A DNA stretch of 64,000 nt, taken from assembly GCF_009914755.1 (NCBI RefSeq), contig NC_060925.1; one strand, 5' to 3'. How positions within the stretch are numbered: the first letter of the stretch is position 1; every line of letters starts with the position of its first letter. The stretch comes from the human T2T-CHM13v2.0 reference genome, Homo sapiens. The notes under the pieces are model-generated. The model had not been told where the DNA came from, did no database searches, and saw only the letters and a program-made list of their open reading frames with translations. This document shows positions 60,553-64,000 of this stretch, one piece after another. Both the position numbers and the translations under genes were made by a program.

Positions 60553-62697
60553 TCTCCCTGGCTTGGATAAATAACATTGTCTGGAAATGGGAAAGATAAT
60601 TATAACTGGGACAATAGTAGAGAGAAGAAACTTTAGAAACTCTGACTAGAGCAGAAGGGCAAGCAAACCAGTTTGACTCAGCACTTTGTTTGAAACTGAG
60701 GCTTATTGGATATTAAATTATAGGAGCCGCTATCCCATTGACTGATTTTTTTTTGTGGGGGGAGTAATCTTCTCACCCACATGAAAGTAAGGAATTCTTC
60801 CAAAAGCACTTAAGTACTACTATTAAGGGAACTCAAAGAGGTCATTTACAAAATAGCTCATTTACCCTTCCCACCAAGAATTTGTTGCTTTAATTGAGGG
60901 GAGAGGTTTTTTGAGAATTGGCTGGCCTGGCATTAAGCTAAAATTATTTGCTTTCCATCTTACTCCTCCTTTCCCTTTACCTTATCTGGGGTTTTACTTT
61001 ATTAATTAAATTGAAAATTGTAGCATGAGTTTTTGGTTAAAAAAAAGTTCGAAAAATACCCCCCAAAATGTAGTGAGAAGAAAATCATTTGAATTCCTAT
61101 CCCCCCAGGCTTCTAGTTCTCTTTTCTAAAGACAGACTCTCAAACAAGCTCTTTCTGTTTTCCTAAGTTATGTCTAATTAAGTATATTTTACTATCTAGC
61201 TGCCTCTTTTTATACACATGGCACCATATTATTCTGTGTCGTACCCTTTCTTTTTCACTTAATATTTCTTAAAGATGATTACCTATCTGTGTAGAGATTT
61301 ACTTCATTCCATTTACATTTTAAAATATTGATAAAACATATTTCTAGTGCCTGACATGTGGCCAGATCCCAGAAGATGAGTTTAGCAAAGAAGACCACAT
61401 GAACCATCCCAAAAGGCCTGTTGCTTCTAGGCTCAGGAATCCAGGGACCCCTTCCTATTATGTGAGCTTCCTGGGTGAGTGTTTTATAGTGAAATCATAT
61501 GTCAAATTGTGATTCTCAGATGACCTTCCCAGTCTGGCTTAGAGGAGAGGGTTGTCGGGGGAGGTCCTGGGAAAGCCGACTTGCCTTGAGATTGTCTTCT
61601 TGGCTGCTGGGTGAAGCTGCACTCCTACTCTGAGATTTCTCCAAGGAGACATTGGGTTTTCCTGGCAGGCAGGGCTTCAGGCTACTCAGCGGAATGTCTA
61701 TGGTTCTGTAGCTTCAAGAGGAGCCAGGAGGCTGAGCTTCCAAGCCAAGGGAAACACTGCTTCAGACTCAAGACCACGATTTGGCCGAGACCACGGGGCC
61801 TGCTGAATTTAGGAGAGGACTCTCTCATACCCCTTCCTTACTCAAACCACTCTTTGATGGAAGTGACATAAGAAATCTACTTTATTCACCAGCACACAGC
61901 AGTTGCTTGGGTGAAATGGACTCCGGTCCCATTTTGGTACAATAGGAAAGGCAAGTGCCTCCCTCTCTATCTGGGAAGAAAGGAGAAGGAAGCCAGAGTG
62001 GAAATCAGACATCTCAAGTCTTAGCAGCAGTCTTGGTCTGTGCTTAGACAAATAATCTCAAGGCGACCCAAATCCCCTGTTCATTGTGAAAACAGACAGT
62101 GCCAGAGTGAAACAGAATTAAATTGTTTCTCTTTCATGGCAGCTGACGTGTAAAAACCATTCTATTCCGACCTTGTGGTCAGAATATCCTGACACCTCAT
62201 AAATTATCTTAAGGGGTCAGGGCTCAGGGAGGTTTGGGAAGGCTGCGAGTCCACACTGCAGTCAGCGTTCTGCACCGCACAGCAGCAGCGGGAGCACCTC
62301 CTTCCTGGTCTTTCCGATAGGCAGATACCAATGTGTAGGATGTGGAGGAATGTAGTGTCCTCAGAGCCAGTTTTTATGAGTTGGGACAAGCATTTTTCCC
62401 TCCTTTTATGTTTGTAGGACTTGTATGGCCACAGCAACTACTCTCATGAAGGTTTTTAAGGAAGTGAGAAAAGCACAGTGATAGCCTCCATATCAGACAG
62501 AGATTCTAGGGTGGTTTTGTCTTAGCAGAAAAAAAGACAGGGGAGGGATGGAAACAATAGAGACATATACTTACACAAGATGAAGAACTAGAGAGAAAAA
62601 AATGAACCAAGGAGACAAGAGAAAGGAAGGTGGAAAGGGGAAACGTGGGTGGCAGGAAGAAAATTTTTCTTGATTCAGATATACACCCCAAAGCGTG

Positions 62698-62773
62698 CAC
62701 ACACACACACACACACTTTCTCACACACTCTCACACACACACACAGTCTCTCTGTCACACACACACACACACA
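62698..62773. repeat. Compound (CA)n/(CT)n microsatellite
   Basis: Interrupted CA runs separated by CT. Confidence 0.9.
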
Positions 62774-63720
62774 TGCCTCCTCAGCAGAGTGGAACTCTTG
62801 GACTTCTCTGCCTCCTGGTGAGTTTCTTTTAGCCCACACATTCATCTGTGCCTTACACACAGTAGGTGCTCCATAAATGTTTGCCTACTGGTAACATCCA
62901 CAGATTGGTCCCCAGAGAGGGAAACAGATTTATTTTGGAAAATTCCAAGTATGTAAAGCAAAGTCCTTTGGAGCAAACAGTATTCCTATAGCCTGAACCA
63001 CCATAAGGTTGAAAGAATCTGGGTATTTGTGGGTGTGTCTGGACATATTGTGTGTGGGAGTGTGAGTGGGTGGTCTGGATGGGTGGGTAATAAGTGACAG
63101 GAGGGCCCTTGAAAATATAAAGGGCTCCATAACTACTGTAAAAATAAAACTGGGAATAGCATGCCCAGACCTCCAGTCATGCGGTGACCAAACCTGACCT
63201 TGGCAGAGATGAATAAATTTTGGAGATGGATTCAAAAATTATTAGCCAATGTTTTTGGTCCCTGTGGGCTTTTATTGTTTCTTTTTTAAAGAACAGCTGG
63301 GCGGGTTTTTGGCAAGGCAAATGACTGCCACAGCCTGTAGAATTCCAGAGCCCTTCCAAGCTTTTTCTAGATTCTTTTGTATTAATGCTTTTTTATTTCT
63401 GGTTCATTATTTTCCTAATGGGATATGTCTTCTGGCTCACCCCTTGGACAAAGGATATGCTTTCTCACTGTCTCTGCTCTTAATTTCTTCCTTTATGGAA
63501 ATTTTGTCTTGAGGACATAATTATGATCAGAAATACATTAGAAGTGTATTGTTTTTCCTAATTGTGTCATCCCATTCCTGATATCAGCATCTCTTAAGCA
63601 TCACTGACTAGTAAAGAGATGAAGTTATTAAAACAAGCCACGTCATGGATTGACGATCCTTCTCCCAATTCCTCTGGCCTGGAGAAACAGAAAAGAAGAT
63701 TCAAGGCAGAAGACAGTTAA

Positions 63721-64000
<280 letters not shown>

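Noticed and set aside
62268-62288. REST/RE1-like site TTCTGCACCGCACAGC
   Set aside because: Both half-sites are mismatched and the canonical 2-bp spacer is missing

Overview
This is primate genomic DNA, human or great ape: about 39% GC by eye, CpG-depleted, and containing AluY elements. The only protein-coding content is three + strand coding exons of NTMT2 (METTL11B, alpha-N-terminal protein methyltransferase 1B) at 8422-8597, 14403-14652 and 15387-15658. They splice in frame through canonical GT-AG sites, and the first exon lies upstream of the window. The rest is intron and intergenic sequence dominated by transposon fossils: two LTR-int-LTR MaLR elements (MST, THE1), solo LTRs (MER41A, MER39-like, MST/MLT), a 5'-inverted L1, a full-length old L1PA nested in an L1MA, a long L2, about 13 Alus, MIRs, hAT MITEs and microsatellites. 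I see no evidence of a new multi-gene system. The most notable observations are small-scale: a Pro codon at NTMT2 position 150, a possible composite intronic poly(A) site plus an antisense AluY just before exon 3, a twin-primed L1 with a templated junction filler, and several short templated or duplicated segments. Repeat subfamily names come from recalled consensus sequences and need RepeatMasker/Dfam confirmation.
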